DNA of 62,025 nt, the filler included. It is 5 parts of 5 records of this genome, joined end to end, with 100 filler letters (N's around TTAATTAATTAA, not from the genome) between each part and the next. Parts side by side here need not be neighbours in the genome. Positions count along the whole stretch, not along the records: positions 41,816 to 62,025 come from SRR20825006_2675; 4 more parts are not named here. One strand, 5' to 3'. Shown here in pieces: positions 52,060-62,025 of this stretch. The stretch's first letter is position 1, and each line of letters begins with the position of its first letter. Position numbers and translations under genes: made by a program. The notes under the pieces are model-generated. The model had not been told where the DNA came from. It searched no databases and worked only from the letters and a program-made list of their open reading frames with translations.

Positions 52060-52084
52060 AGGGCGGCTTTGGCTGCCCTTTTTT
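52060..52084 (+). terminator. Intrinsic terminator after peroxiredoxin
   Basis: AGGGCGGC-tttg-GCTGCCCT followed by T-run. Confidence 0.8.
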
Positions 52085-52163
52085 ATGTCTCGCGATATCC
52101 CTATATATTATCTATGCCTACATGAGACAGGCTCGGCAGGCGTAGTTATGGGGGATTTGATCT

Positions 52164-53126
52164 ATGCTTGAAATGTCGTCAATCGTTGTTGGACTTATTG
52201 TTCTCTTTGTTATCGTTCTGATTTTCTCATCCGTTGTGATGGTCAAACAAGGCTATGAATACACCGTTGAGCGTTTTGGGCGGTATACGGGTACACTTTC
52301 ACCTGGCCTGCATCTGATCATGCCACTCATTGATCGTATCGGGCACAAGATCATAATGATGGAGCAGGTGCTTGATATCCCCACACAGGAGGTGATCACG
52401 CGTGATAACGCCATGGTTGCGGCTGACGGCGTGGTGTTTTTTCAGGTGCTTGACGCCTCCAAAGCGAGCTACGAGGTCAGTAACCTCGAGATCGCGACCC
52501 TGAACCTTACGATGACCAATCTGCGTACGGTGATGGGATCTATGGACCTTGATGAGCTTCTCTCCAAGCGCGACGATATCAATGCGCGGTTGATGAACGT
52601 GGTGGATGGTGCAACCCAGCCATGGGGCGTGAAAATCACCCGGATCGAGATCAAGGATATCGAGCCTCCTCGGGATATTGTGGATTCGATGGCACGCCAA
52701 ATGAAAGCTGAGAGGGAAAAACGGGCGGCAATTCTTGAAGCCGAAGGGCAAAGGGAATCAGAAATCAAGCGTGCAGAAGGCCAGAAAATGGCGGCTATCC
52801 TGCAAGCTGAAGGCCGGCGGGAAGCAGCCTATAAGGATGCTGAGGCGCGGGAACGTGAAGCTGAAGCCGAAGCCAAGGCGACAGAGATGGTGTCAAAAGC
52901 GATCGGTGACGGTAATGCACAAGCCATCAACTATTTTGTGGCCCAGAAGTATGTTGAAGCCCTTCATAGCTTTGCACGCTCACCTAACGAGAAGCTTGTC
53001 TTTATGCCGATGGAAGCGTCCAGTGTTATTGGTTCACTCGGCGGGATCTCCGAGCTGTTCAAAGATTTGAATAAAGATGGCAGCCGCCGCAAGACCACGG
53101 CAAGTGGTATACCAACGACGGAGTAG
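52164..53126 (+). CDS. SPFH/band 7 protein (QmcA-like)
   Basis: VERFG.Y, Q.VIT.DNA, LR.V.G.M.LD..LS.R, QMKAER.KRA..LEAEG. Confidence 0.93.
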   Translation: MLEMSSIVVGLIVLFVIVLIFSSVVMVKQGYEYTVERFGRYTGTLSPGLHLIMPLIDRIGHKIIMMEQVLDIPTQEVITRDNAMVAADGVVFFQVLDASKASYEVSNLEIATLNLTMTNLRTVMGSMDLDELLSKRDDINARLMNVVDGATQPWGVKITRIEIKDIEPPRDIVDSMARQMKAEREKRAAILEAEGQRESEIKRAEGQKMAAILQAEGRREAAYKDAEAREREAEAEAKATEMVSKAIGDGNAQAINYFVAQKYVEALHSFARSPNEKLVFMPMEASSVIGSLGGISELFKDLNKDGSRRKTTASGIPTTE

Positions 53127-53130
53127 GACG

Positions 53131-53592
53131 ATGGAAGCGTTTCTAAGTTGGGCGGTTGAAAATGCCCATTGGCTTTGGTGGGGCGTTGGCGTTCTGCTGC
53201 TTGCTGGAGAGATGGTTATCCCTGGTGTCTATCTGCTCTGGATCGGTATAGCAGGGCTGGCCACTGGGCTTTTGGCCTTTTTCATGCCGGATATGGGCTT
53301 TGACGGGCATGGCCTCGCGTTTGCTGTTCTTGGCGCGGCGTCCATCTATATTGGCAACCGGTTCTTCTATGCCAAAATGATGGAAGAAGGTGAGCCGGTT
53401 GTCAACACTCGAGGGCAGTCGCATGTTGGCAAGGTTTATCTCGTGTCCGATGCTATTGTGAACGGACGCGGGCATGTTACGGTGGGGGACAGTCGCTGGC
53501 TCGCGGAAGGCCCGGATAGCGCCGAAGGCACGCGAGTTAAAGTGAAGTCTATCAATGGCATCGTCATGAACGTGGAGCCTGTCGAAGATTGA
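53131..53592 (+). CDS. NfeD family protein (YbbJ-like)
   Basis: E...PG.YLLW.G, N.RG....G, G.V..GDS.W; partner of SPFH gene; ATG at 53131. Confidence 0.9.
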   Translation: MEAFLSWAVENAHWLWWGVGVLLLAGEMVIPGVYLLWIGIAGLATGLLAFFMPDMGFDGHGLAFAVLGAASIYIGNRFFYAKMMEEGEPVVNTRGQSHVGKVYLVSDAIVNGRGHVTVGDSRWLAEGPDSAEGTRVKVKSINGIVMNVEPVED

Positions 53593-53623
53593 CAGGCTCT
53601 TCTTTTTCGATCATCAGCATGTG

Positions 53624-54907
53624 ATGAACATTGGGAATACCATAAAATCATATGTTGGAGCATGGCTCGCGAGTGAGGGGCGGCAAAATCTTGCGCGCAC
53701 CCGAGCCGAAGTTGCGCGTAAAATTAAGCGCAAGCCGCGGGAAATTCTTTATTTCCACCGGGCGGACGACCCATACAGTCAACTGATGGTGCAGGTTTTG
53801 CCTGACCTTGCAGAGCGTTTTGATGTGCGGATAAGACCGCTCGTTGTGGAGCGTTTGCCTGCCAACATGTACCCGGACCCACAGCGTTATGAGGCCTATT
53901 CAATTATAGAGGCCACAAGGCTGGCGCGCCTTTATGGGCTTGGTTTCCCATCTTCCGCCACGGTGCCAGACAGGTTGGCCGTTGGTATGGCGAACAGACA
54001 GCTCGCGAAGATGCAGAACGACCCCAATTTCTTCTCGGTCGCGGAAGAAGTGGGTTCGGCTCTCTGGCAGCAGGATATCAAGGCGGTGCGGGGGCTCTGT
54101 GTTGCAGCGGACCTTGACGAAAACCTCCTTGGCCAGAATGAGAAGCTTCTCTCAAAGCTCGGGCACTATGCGTCTGGCAATATCTATTATGATGGTGAGT
54201 TTTATCCGGGCCTAGACCGGCTTGACCATCTTGAACGGCGATTGAACCGGCTCGGCATTGGTGATGGTGAGGTGCATTTCGAGCTGCACCGACTGTGGCG
54301 CTACGGCCTTGAGAACCTCGACCGAAGCGTTTCGGGGCGAACGCTGGAGCTCTTCTTCTCTGTACGCAGCCCCTATAGCTATATTGCCCTGCATCTCGCA
54401 TCAGATTTTGCCAACGCATCCGGCGTGCGGCTCAAGCTTAAACCAGTGATGCCCATGGTTATGCGTGGTTTGCCGGTGCCTGCCGCCAAGCGGCGGTATA
54501 TCTTTACCGATGCAGCGCGAGAGGCGCGAGTTGAAAGCATTCCGTTTGGCCGCGTTGTTGACCCGCTTGGTGAAGCAACAAATCGGGCTATGGCGCTTGG
54601 TTTCAGGTTGGCTGAAGACGGTGAAGACCTGGCCTTCTTTAAGGCTTTTACCCGTAGTGTGTGGGCTGAGGGTATTGACGGCGCGAGTGACGCAGGCATC
54701 AGAAAAATTCTTGAGAAGGCGGGTATTGCACCTGCAAAAGCCGCAGGTGCCATGCCGCGCGATGTGTGGCAACCCATTGCAGAACGTAATCGCCAGATGA
54801 TGTTGATGAACGGCAGCTGGGGCGTGCCCACTTTCCGGATCGGTACCGAGACACTGTGGGGACAGGACCGTATGTGGGCGATTGTTGAGGCGCTTAAACA
54901 ACAGTGA
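53624..54907 (+). CDS. DsbA-family protein with two tandem HCCA-isomerase/kappa-GST-like domains
   Basis: YFH..DDPYS...LDRL..LE (domain 1); FFS.RSPYSY...WGVPTF...WGQDR (domain 2). Confidence 0.82.
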   Translation: MNIGNTIKSYVGAWLASEGRQNLARTRAEVARKIKRKPREILYFHRADDPYSQLMVQVLPDLAERFDVRIRPLVVERLPANMYPDPQRYEAYSIIEATRLARLYGLGFPSSATVPDRLAVGMANRQLAKMQNDPNFFSVAEEVGSALWQQDIKAVRGLCVAADLDENLLGQNEKLLSKLGHYASGNIYYDGEFYPGLDRLDHLERRLNRLGIGDGEVHFELHRLWRYGLENLDRSVSGRTLELFFSVRSPYSYIALHLASDFANASGVRLKLKPVMPMVMRGLPVPAAKRRYIFTDAAREARVESIPFGRVVDPLGEATNRAMALGFRLAEDGEDLAFFKAFTRSVWAEGIDGASDAGIRKILEKAGIAPAKAAGAMPRDVWQPIAERNRQMMLMNGSWGVPTFRIGTETLWGQDRMWAIVEALKQQ

Positions 54908-55051
54908 GCCATCATTGTTCATAAGGGCTGTGTGACCAACTTTCGCTTGGATTGACTATTGGGGGTGGCTGGTTATCTTCATATGATAAATTGAAAAGGC
55001 CCGGGGTGGGGCTTGGTACGGCGCTTTCGCGCCAAGATATGGGATAAGACA

Positions 55052-56713
55052 GTGAAAACGAAAAAAATACTACGCAAGGGATTTTCCCTTCTTGCGCTTG
55101 GTGTGCTGGCTGCGTGCACTGGCGCTCAGGTGAAAACCGCGACTTCTGACAGCGACATTTCTACTTTCAGCGCAGACCGCATCAAAGCTGACGTGACCTT
55201 TCTGGCGGATGATCTTCTGCGGGGGCGGGACACCGGTAGTGAGGGCTATAGGATCGCCGCCAATTATGTGGCAGCTGAATATGCTCGCCTTGGTTTGAAG
55301 CCTGCAGGGGCAGGGGGCTCCTATTTTCAGGAAGTTCCATTCCGCACCGCCAAGCTCGATCAGGCCAAAGCCAGCATGTCGTTGACGCTGGGCGGCGAAG
55401 AAAAGACGCTGGCCCTTGGTGACGACTTCTTCATGGGCGGCGATGTTCGTTTGCCTTCAGGCGATGAGACTGGTGAGATTGTATTTGCAGGGTACGGCAT
55501 TCACGCACCCGAAATTGGCTACGATGACCTCGAAGGGCTTGATCTCGAAGGCAAAGTGGTGCTGGTCCTCTCTGGCGGTCCAACTTCCTTCAATACGGAA
55601 GTGCGCGCGCATCATGGTTCTTCCACAACCAAACGGGCTGAACTTGCGCGTCGCGGTGCCATTGGTTTCATCTCCTTCGGGTCGCTCTCTAACGAGAAGC
55701 GTCGACCGTTCGAGCGCCTCAAAAAATATCTGACCACAGAAAGCTTTGACTGGGTAATGCCTGAAACGGATGAAACACCAGCGCCGGCTATCGCCTTGTC
55801 AGCAGCTGTGAGCCATGACGTTGCGCGCCAGATTTTTGAAGCATCTGGCAAGTCTTTTGATGAGATGCTGAATGAGGCTGAGGTGGGCTCCCCCGCCGGT
55901 TTCAACACCGGCGTTACAGCACACATGGCGTTCGCGAGTGAGCTTTCTGACGAGTTTAACAGTCCGAACGTACTGGGTGTGCTTGAGGGATCGGACCCTG
56001 TGCTCAAAAACGAGTATGTTGTGATGTCCGCGCACCTTGATCATATCGGCATCGCCAAGCATCCCAAAGGTGATGACAAAATCAATAACGGGGCCATTGA
56101 TAACGCAACAGGCGTTTCTGTGATGATGGAAGTGGCTCGCGCCTATGCGCGTGCTGGTGTTAAACCGCGCCGTTCCATCTTGTTCGCTGCTGTGGTGGCG
56201 GAGGAAAAAGGACTGTTGGGCGCTGAGTATTTTGCGCGGTTCCCTACCGTTGAAAAGTCGGCCATGGTGGCAAACGTCAACCTTGATATGCCAATCCTGC
56301 TCTATGATTTCAGCGACGTGGTGGCCTTCGGTGCGGAACGCAGCAGCCTTGGTCCTGTAACAGAAGCTGCGCTTGCGCAAATCAATGTATCGCTAGGGCC
56401 TGACCCAATGCCGGAAGAGGGCATTTTTACGCGCAGCGATCATTACCGCTTTGTGCAGCAGGGCATCCCTTCGGTGTTTTTGGTAACAGGCTGGGGTAAA
56501 ACCGAGGCTGGCGAAGACGGCGGAGCTATCTTCCGCGAGTTTCTGGGCAAGACGTACCATTCCCCGCATGACGACCTGAGCCAGGAAATCAACTATGACG
56601 CTGGCGCCAAGTTCGCCAAAGCCAACTGGTTGATTGTGAATTCCATCGCGAACACGGATGCGCGCCCTGGTTGGAATGAAGGTGATTTCTTCGGGGATAC
56701 TTTCGCCAGATAA
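55052..56713 (+). CDS. M28 family metallopeptidase lipoprotein with PA domain
   Basis: Lipobox LAAC; GR.TGS.G, SAHLDH.G, NGA.DNATG, AEEKGLLG, RSDHY.F, YH...D; GTG at 55052. Confidence 0.92.
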   Translation: MKTKKILRKGFSLLALGVLAACTGAQVKTATSDSDISTFSADRIKADVTFLADDLLRGRDTGSEGYRIAANYVAAEYARLGLKPAGAGGSYFQEVPFRTAKLDQAKASMSLTLGGEEKTLALGDDFFMGGDVRLPSGDETGEIVFAGYGIHAPEIGYDDLEGLDLEGKVVLVLSGGPTSFNTEVRAHHGSSTTKRAELARRGAIGFISFGSLSNEKRRPFERLKKYLTTESFDWVMPETDETPAPAIALSAAVSHDVARQIFEASGKSFDEMLNEAEVGSPAGFNTGVTAHMAFASELSDEFNSPNVLGVLEGSDPVLKNEYVVMSAHLDHIGIAKHPKGDDKINNGAIDNATGVSVMMEVARAYARAGVKPRRSILFAAVVAEEKGLLGAEYFARFPTVEKSAMVANVNLDMPILLYDFSDVVAFGAERSSLGPVTEAALAQINVSLGPDPMPEEGIFTRSDHYRFVQQGIPSVFLVTGWGKTEAGEDGGAIFREFLGKTYHSPHDDLSQEINYDAGAKFAKANWLIVNSIANTDARPGWNEGDFFGDTFAR

Positions 56714-56736
56714 GAGGCGAACGGATTGGAGAAATG

Positions 56737-56763
56737 AAAGGCGCAGCCATGGCTGCGCCTTTT
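56737..56763. terminator. Bidirectional terminator between convergent genes
   Basis: Palindrome AAAGGCGCAGCC-AT-GGCTGCGCCTTT. Confidence 0.75.
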
Positions 56764-56766
56764 CCA

Positions 56767-57891
56767 TTATTGGGCGGTGAGGGCGGCCCTTAGGGCCTCA
56801 AGGCCCACATGCATCAGGGCTGGGAATGCTTGGCCATGATTGGCCAACAGGCCAACAGCGATGTCATGTTCTGTATCAACAAGAAGAAGCGCGACACCCC
56901 CCATGGAACCACCTGAGTGCCACACCAGATGGTCATGTATTGCAGGCATATATTCAGTTAGACCATCACGTTCAAGCCGCGCGCGCATGTTGCCTGCTGT
57001 CATCCAGCCAATGCCAAAACCGGCGGGCTTTCCGCTACTCAAAAATTGCTCAGTGAATAGCAGGTCCAGCGTTTCCTGCTTCAGGAAGCCGGGTTCGGTA
57101 TGGGAGAGGCCAAAGCGCACCATATCACTCGCGGTGCCAATGAAGCCCCCGCCTGCCCACTTGTAGCTATTGTCCACAAAGGGTGCGATTGCCGGGCTAC
57201 CATTTTCATCAAGATGAAAAGCGCTAAGGTTCGGGAAGGTTTTGGTCGCGTCTTCGGCGGCGGTATCGTGCATCTCAATGTCACTAAAGACACGATCGTC
57301 CATCATGCTCAGGAAATCATTCCCGCCTGCGCCTTCAAGTGCTGCACTGATCAGGTTCCAGGCATGGCTTGAGTATTGGACGCGCGTGCCCGGCTCGAAA
57401 TTCAGCGGGTCATGGATAAACATTTCAATGCCATCGCTTACAGTCGCAAAGTGCCGGGTGTTGAGAAATTCGTCGCCTTTATAATGGCGAATGCCACTCA
57501 TGTGCGCCGCCATTTGCCGGGTGCTGACGGGCCATTGCTTTGAGGGAAAGGCGGGTACATAGGTTTCAACTGGCGCGTCGAGATCAAGCTTGCCATCTTC
57601 GTACAACTTAGCAAGCAAGGCGGCTGTGAATACCTTGGAGACGCTACCGACGCGCATTTGTGTGTCGGGCGATACCATGTCGCCTGTCTCAATGTTCGCC
57701 ACGCCAAATCCACGGGCAAAGATGAGATCGTTCCCTTTCCCAACAGCAACAGAAAGCCCGGCGACCGTGGTTTTCTGAACCTCGCTTTCCGCCGCCGCGA
57801 TGATTGCCTGGTCAAGATTGTTTTCAGCATAAACGCTGGTGCTCAACAGGCTCCAGACGGCTCCGATGAATGCAAGGTTGTACGCTTTCAT
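56767..57891 (-). CDS. Serine hydrolase (beta-lactamase class C/AmpH-like family)
   Basis: SVSK (SxxK), H.SGIRHY, F.PG....YS, HSG; signal peptide; ATG at 57891. Confidence 0.9.
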   Translation of the reverse strand: MKAYNLAFIGAVWSLLSTSVYAENNLDQAIIAAAESEVQKTTVAGLSVAVGKGNDLIFARGFGVANIETGDMVSPDTQMRVGSVSKVFTAALLAKLYEDGKLDLDAPVETYVPAFPSKQWPVSTRQMAAHMSGIRHYKGDEFLNTRHFATVSDGIEMFIHDPLNFEPGTRVQYSSHAWNLISAALEGAGGNDFLSMMDDRVFSDIEMHDTAAEDATKTFPNLSAFHLDENGSPAIAPFVDNSYKWAGGGFIGTASDMVRFGLSHTEPGFLKQETLDLLFTEQFLSSGKPAGFGIGWMTAGNMRARLERDGLTEYMPAIHDHLVWHSGGSMGGVALLLVDTEHDIAVGLLANHGQAFPALMHVGLEALRAALTAQ

Positions 57892-57952
57892 AAAATCTCC
57901 CCTTGTGATTGAAGGGAAGGATAGCGTGGCAACGGGGAAACGCAATCGGCGT

Positions 57953-58402
57953 TTAGGGTTTATAGGGTGCCATGCCTTGGTTCGCGAGTGCGTCTGCCCG
58001 CTCGTTCCCGGGGTCACCGGCGTGGCCTTTCACCCAGATCCAATTAATATCATGACGCGCGACAGCCTTATCAAGCGCCTGCCACAGGTCTGCATTCTTG
58101 ACCGGTTTTTTTGAGGCGGTGCGCCAGCCTTTTGCCTTCCAGCCATGAATCCACTTGGTGATACCGTCGCGCACATAGGTGCTGTCGGTGTGGAGGTCCA
58201 CCTTGCACGGACGACTGAGGGCCTTGAGCGCTTCAATGGCTGCAGTTAGTTCCATGCGGTTGTTGGTTGTTTCCATTTCACCGCCGGTCAACTCTTTTTC
58301 ATGCTCACCGTACAGCATGAGTACCCCCCAGCCACCGGGGCCGGGGTTGCCCGAGCATGCGCCGTCTGTGTAGATGTCGACCGTTTTGCCTTTAGACGAC
58401 AT
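57953..58402 (-). CDS. rnhA: Ribonuclease HI
   Basis: [38 protein letters not shown]. Confidence 0.97.
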   Translation of the reverse strand: MSSKGKTVDIYTDGACSGNPGPGGWGVLMLYGEHEKELTGGEMETTNNRMELTAAIEALKALSRPCKVDLHTDSTYVRDGITKWIHGWKAKGWRTASKKPVKNADLWQALDKAVARHDINWIWVKGHAGDPGNERADALANQGMAPYKP

Positions 58403-59351
58403 AATCAGCCGCATCCCGAACGGATTGATGAAACTTCAATTTCTTGAGGTATTCTATGGGGTTGTGTGGTTTCACAACGGCACCTTCAACTGGGTTAAGC
58501 CAGTCATACAGCCGTGTCAGCAGGAAACGAAGAGCGGCGCCCCGGCACAATATAGGTAGGGCCGCGACCTCTGCACCTTCCAGGCGGCGGTGCGTGTCAT
58601 ACAGTTCGGTCATACGTTTGGCACACTGGGCGTTGAACTGCTGATCGCGATCAAAACACCAGGCATTAATGCAGATGGCAATGTCATATGCGAGAAAGTC
58701 GGTACAGCCGAAATAAAAATCAATAACGCCGGTGATCTCATGTCCGGTGAAAAGCACGTTATCAGGGAAGAGGTCTGCGTGAACCGTACCCTTGGGCAGG
58801 TCTTTGGGCCAGTTGGCGTTAAGGAAGGCCAACTCGTCTGCGATAAGCTGCGCGAGGCCCGGCGCCACTTCATCCGCCCGTGCTTTAGTGTCTTGTGCCA
58901 GCTTTTTCCAGCCTTCAAGCGATAGGTCGTTCGGGCGGTTTTGGTCAAAATTCCTGGTCGCGATATGCATCCGGGCCAACATGGCGCCGAGCGCTGCGGA
59001 GTGCTCAGGGCTTGGCTCGTTAACGCTAACGCCAGAGAGAAAGCTGATCAGGCAAGCGGGGCGGCCGTTTAGCGTTCTGAGCGCGTCCCCCGTCTTGTCT
59101 CTGATAGGCAGAGGCGCAGGAATATCGTGTTTGGCCAGATGTTCCATCATGTCGAGGAAATAGGGCAAATCTTCCGGGTTTGCGCGCTTCTCGTACAGCG
59201 TCAGAATAAACCGTGCTTTGGTGGTCTCCAGCAGATAGTTGGAGTTTTCCACCCCCTCTGCGATTCCCTTGAAACTTGTGGCATTACCAACGTCATAGTC
59301 AGCGAGAAAGGCCGCAAGGGTGCGGTCGTCAACCTGAGTGTATACTGCCAT
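58392..59351 (-). CDS. thrB: Homoserine kinase type II
   Basis: [37 protein letters not shown]. Confidence 0.96.
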   Translation of the reverse strand: MAVYTQVDDRTLAAFLADYDVGNATSFKGIAEGVENSNYLLETTKARFILTLYEKRANPEDLPYFLDMMEHLAKHDIPAPLPIRDKTGDALRTLNGRPACLISFLSGVSVNEPSPEHSAALGAMLARMHIATRNFDQNRPNDLSLEGWKKLAQDTKARADEVAPGLAQLIADELAFLNANWPKDLPKGTVHADLFPDNVLFTGHEITGVIDFYFGCTDFLAYDIAICINAWCFDRDQQFNAQCAKRMTELYDTHRRLEGAEVAALPILCRGAALRFLLTRLYDWLNPVEGAVVKPHNPIEYLKKLKFHQSVRDAADYVV

Positions 59352-60307
59352 CAGGCAACGTCCTTGAGCATAGGGGGCACCTTGAAGATCACGTCCTCTT
59401 CGGCCGTGGTCACAAGCTCAACATGAGCGTCAAAACGCTGTTTGAGTGCCTCGATCACTTCCTCCACCAATATCTCGGGTGCGCTGGCACCGGCTGAGAT
59501 GCCGACCGCCGTTGCACCTGCGAGCCATTCCCAGTCGAGATCTGCTGCGCGCAGCACAAGGCGCGCCGGGCAACCTGCTTTCTCCGATACCTCAACCAAC
59601 CGCCTGCTGTTTGAGGAATTGCGGGAGCCAATCACGATCACGCGGTCGGCTTGCTTGGCAACTTCCTTCACCGCGACCTGCCTGTTGGTGGTCGCGTAGC
59701 AGATGTCTTCCTTTTTTGGTTTGGTCAGACCAGGGAAACGACGCTCAAGCACAGCAACGATTTCTGTAGTGTCATCCACCGATAGGGTTGTCTGGGTCAC
59801 GAATGAGAGTTCATTCGGGTTTTGCGGCAGCACATTTTCGGCGTCCGCTACCGTTTCAATCAATGTCATTGAGCCGGGCGGGACCTGACCCATGGTTCCA
59901 ATCACCTCGGGGTGGCCAGCATGGCCAATCATCAGGATATGCCGCCCGTGCGCCTGGTGGCGTTCCACTTCGCGGTGCACCTTGCTTACCAGCGGGCAGG
60001 TGGCGTCCACATATATCATTTTGCGTTTTTCAGCTTCTTCGGGCACCGCTTTGGGTACTCCGTGCGCCGAGAATACGACCGGCACATCATCGGGCACTTC
60101 ATCAAGTTCATCAACGAATACAGCGCCTTGCGCCTCAAGCCCCTCAACCACATAGCGGTTGTGAACGATCTCGTGCCGCACATAAACCGGTGCGCCAAAT
60201 TTCTTGATCGCCAGCTCGACAATCTTGATGGCGCGGTCAACGCCTGCACAAAACCCTCTGGGGTTGGCAAGCAGTATGCGAAGGGGGGTGGTGCCTGTTG
60301 ATGACAT
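59351..60307 (-). CDS. ispH: 4-hydroxy-3-methylbut-2-enyl diphosphate reductase
   Basis: [44 protein letters not shown]. Confidence 0.98.
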   Translation of the reverse strand: MSSTGTTPLRILLANPRGFCAGVDRAIKIVELAIKKFGAPVYVRHEIVHNRYVVEGLEAQGAVFVDELDEVPDDVPVVFSAHGVPKAVPEEAEKRKMIYVDATCPLVSKVHREVERHQAHGRHILMIGHAGHPEVIGTMGQVPPGSMTLIETVADAENVLPQNPNELSFVTQTTLSVDDTTEIVAVLERRFPGLTKPKKEDICYATTNRQVAVKEVAKQADRVIVIGSRNSSNSRRLVEVSEKAGCPARLVLRAADLDWEWLAGATAVGISAGASAPEILVEEVIEALKQRFDAHVELVTTAEEDVIFKVPPMLKDVA

Positions 60308-60591
60308 GTCATCATCTCCTGAGAACTCGGTCCCCCTCTAGCTACCTGCCATGCAGGCGCTGGTCAAGGCGCTGTCTTACCGGAAGTAGGCTTTTATTGC
60401 CCTAATATTGTCACGCTTCACACGTAGCTGGGACTCTGGCATTTTATGCGGCCTGAAAAAGAAACTTGCGTGAGGCAGATGCCTGCTTGCGCTTGGGTCG
60501 TCTTCTTTTTATGATCGCCGCCAAAATCCGCATGGCGCAACCTCAATATTTGCGTGCCATGGTGGGGAGGAATATTTTGAAAGGGTTCTTG

Positions 60592-61098
60592 ATGTCCGTT
60601 CGTTTTGTGTTTTTGGCAGCGTTCACACTCATGCTGGCTGCATGTAATAGAAGCCCGCTTGAGGTGGTGGTTTCTCGCTGCCCCGCCGTTGCTATTGTTG
60701 GCGACATGGGCACGCTGACCCGTTTTAAAGGTGAGGGGCGCACGACAAACGATGTGCAATACACAGCCTCCATCATGGATGTGACGACGGAATGCACTGA
60801 AGGCGAAAGCGTTCGGAACACTGTCACCTTTTATGTGGGCGGAAACACAGGCCCTGCATTCGCCGGGCGCGAGGTCACTATCCCTTATTTTGTGGCTGTA
60901 CTGAAAGATAACAGCCAGATCGTCTCGAAAGAGATATTCGATGTAACACTGCGCTTTGACCGTGATGGTTTTGCCCGCAGCCGCGAGGTTGTACGTCAGT
61001 TGGTGCCAACGATCGAGCAGGCTCGCCGCTATAACTATGAAGTGCTCATCGGTTTCCAGATGGACGCGCAGGACGTTGTCTACAATATGGAACGCTAG
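60592..61098 (+). CDS. Hypothetical lipoprotein divergent from ispH
   Basis: Lipobox LAAC after ATG at 60592; CP...C, PYFVAV, Y.V.IGFQ. Confidence 0.75.
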   Translation: MSVRFVFLAAFTLMLAACNRSPLEVVVSRCPAVAIVGDMGTLTRFKGEGRTTNDVQYTASIMDVTTECTEGESVRNTVTFYVGGNTGPAFAGREVTIPYFVAVLKDNSQIVSKEIFDVTLRFDRDGFARSREVVRQLVPTIEQARRYNYEVLIGFQMDAQDVVYNMER

Positions 61099-61196
61099 TC
61101 TCTTCGTCGGTTTTAACCAGTGCACATATGACTTTTTATTGGTTTTGGTGACGAGCCTGATGGTTGGAGCTTGGGCTGCTATAATGGGGGTGCGCG

Positions 61197-61814
61197 ATGG
61201 ATGCAATCGAAGTCACTAACGATTGGTTCGTTCAATCGGCTAGACCAGTTTGGGATAAACTTATCCCATCCTTAAAACCCGAAAAAATTCTGGAAGTAGG
61301 CTCCTTTGAAGGGGCAAGCGCTTGCTATTTGATCTCCAGCCTCGCCTCCGAGCATGCTCTTGAAATCCACTGTGTGGATACCTGGGAGGGTGGGGTAGAG
61401 CATGAAAGCGAGCAGATGGGCCTGGTAGAAGATCGCTTTCGTCGGAATACTCAAAGTGTGATTGATGCGGCCGCGCAGCCTGTGGACCTAGTGGTGCATA
61501 AAGGTTCATCCGATATGGAGATGGCCTCCTTGCTGGCGGGTGGCAAGAAAAATTATTTCGATTTTGTCTATATCGACGGCTCGCATCAGGCGCCGGACGT
61601 ACTGTGTGACGCGGTCCTCGGTTTCAAGCTTTTGAAGGTTGGTGGTATTATGGCTTTTGATGATTATCTGTGGTCAGAGATGCCACCACCTAAGTTGGAT
61701 GCGCTCAGAAGCCCGAAACTTGCCATTGATGCTTTTGTGAATACACATCTTAACAAACTGAAGTTGATCCGCACTCATTTGCATCAACTTTATATCCGAA
61801 AGCTGTCGAACTGA
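61197..61814 (+). CDS. Class I SAM-dependent methyltransferase (Methyltransf_24-like)
   Basis: LEVGSFEG.S, VDTW.G, FDFVYIDGSH, LK.GG...FDDY.W. Confidence 0.88.
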   Translation: MDAIEVTNDWFVQSARPVWDKLIPSLKPEKILEVGSFEGASACYLISSLASEHALEIHCVDTWEGGVEHESEQMGLVEDRFRRNTQSVIDAAAQPVDLVVHKGSSDMEMASLLAGGKKNYFDFVYIDGSHQAPDVLCDAVLGFKLLKVGGIMAFDDYLWSEMPPPKLDALRSPKLAIDAFVNTHLNKLKLIRTHLHQLYIRKLSN

Positions 61815-61962
61815 CAGCAAGGCTCTCTTTCAAATATGGGTTAGTCGTCGCAGTCTGCCGAAAGGCTTTTCGCGATTGACTCCGCCCGCTTTCTTCTGCA
61901 TATGATCGCCCACATCAGGTCACGTGGCAGCCAATGCATTTCGGGGTTGCTGCATCGCCTGT

Positions 61963-62025
61963 GCGGGAGAGATCGACACCCGGGGAAACCCACTGTCGGC
62001 GCCGAAGGAGCAACCGCCCCGGAAA
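61963..62025 (+). ncRNA. Glycine riboswitch, first aptamer, truncated by window end
   Basis: GCGGGAGAG-stem(CGACA/TGTCG)-CGCCGAAGGAGCAA-stem-GGAAA matches the aptamer consensus. Confidence 0.9.

Noticed and set aside
60418-61206. 262-aa minus-strand ORF
   Set aside because: Antisense to a lipoprotein gene with a clear lipobox; no motifs of its own

Overview
This window is not one genome. It is five contigs joined by an artificial 100-nt spacer (44 N + TTAATTAATTAA + 44 N), from at least four bacteria; taxa are inferred from protein style and gene order. (1) 1-9278, AT-rich, Balneolaceae/FCB-like: dxs, xseB, comEC, a PQQ-dependent aldose dehydrogenase, and a two-gene unit of a tail-anchored secreted protein plus a putative clan CD cysteine-peptidase lipoprotein. 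(2) 9379-17827, AT-rich, Flavobacteriaceae-like: M16 peptidase, fabG, and between them a self-contained five-gene operon of exported uncharacterised proteins. Their motifs recall LPP20/FlgP, FlgT and CsgG ring-forming envelope proteins, making this the best candidate for an undescribed system. (3) 17928-24944, GC-rich gammaproteobacterium: btuB-cobO-btuF-btuC-btuD-bluB-cobQ cobalamin uptake/salvage and a metallophosphoesterase with a long helical tail. (4) 25045-41715 and (5) 41816-62025, GC-rich alphaproteobacterial (Kordiimonas-like) core regions: serS-tat-scp-nagZ-argS-dgt, erpA-xth, panD, ilvD, cox operon, thrC, rnhA-thrB-ispH and a glycine riboswitch. These two contigs also contain two perfect tandem CtrA boxes before a MopJ-like PAS gene, a disrupted tandem paralog, an unlisted 42-aa cox ORF and a structured panD leader. 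No rRNA, tRNA, CRISPR array or mobile element was recognised. Family assignments come from motif recognition, not database searches.
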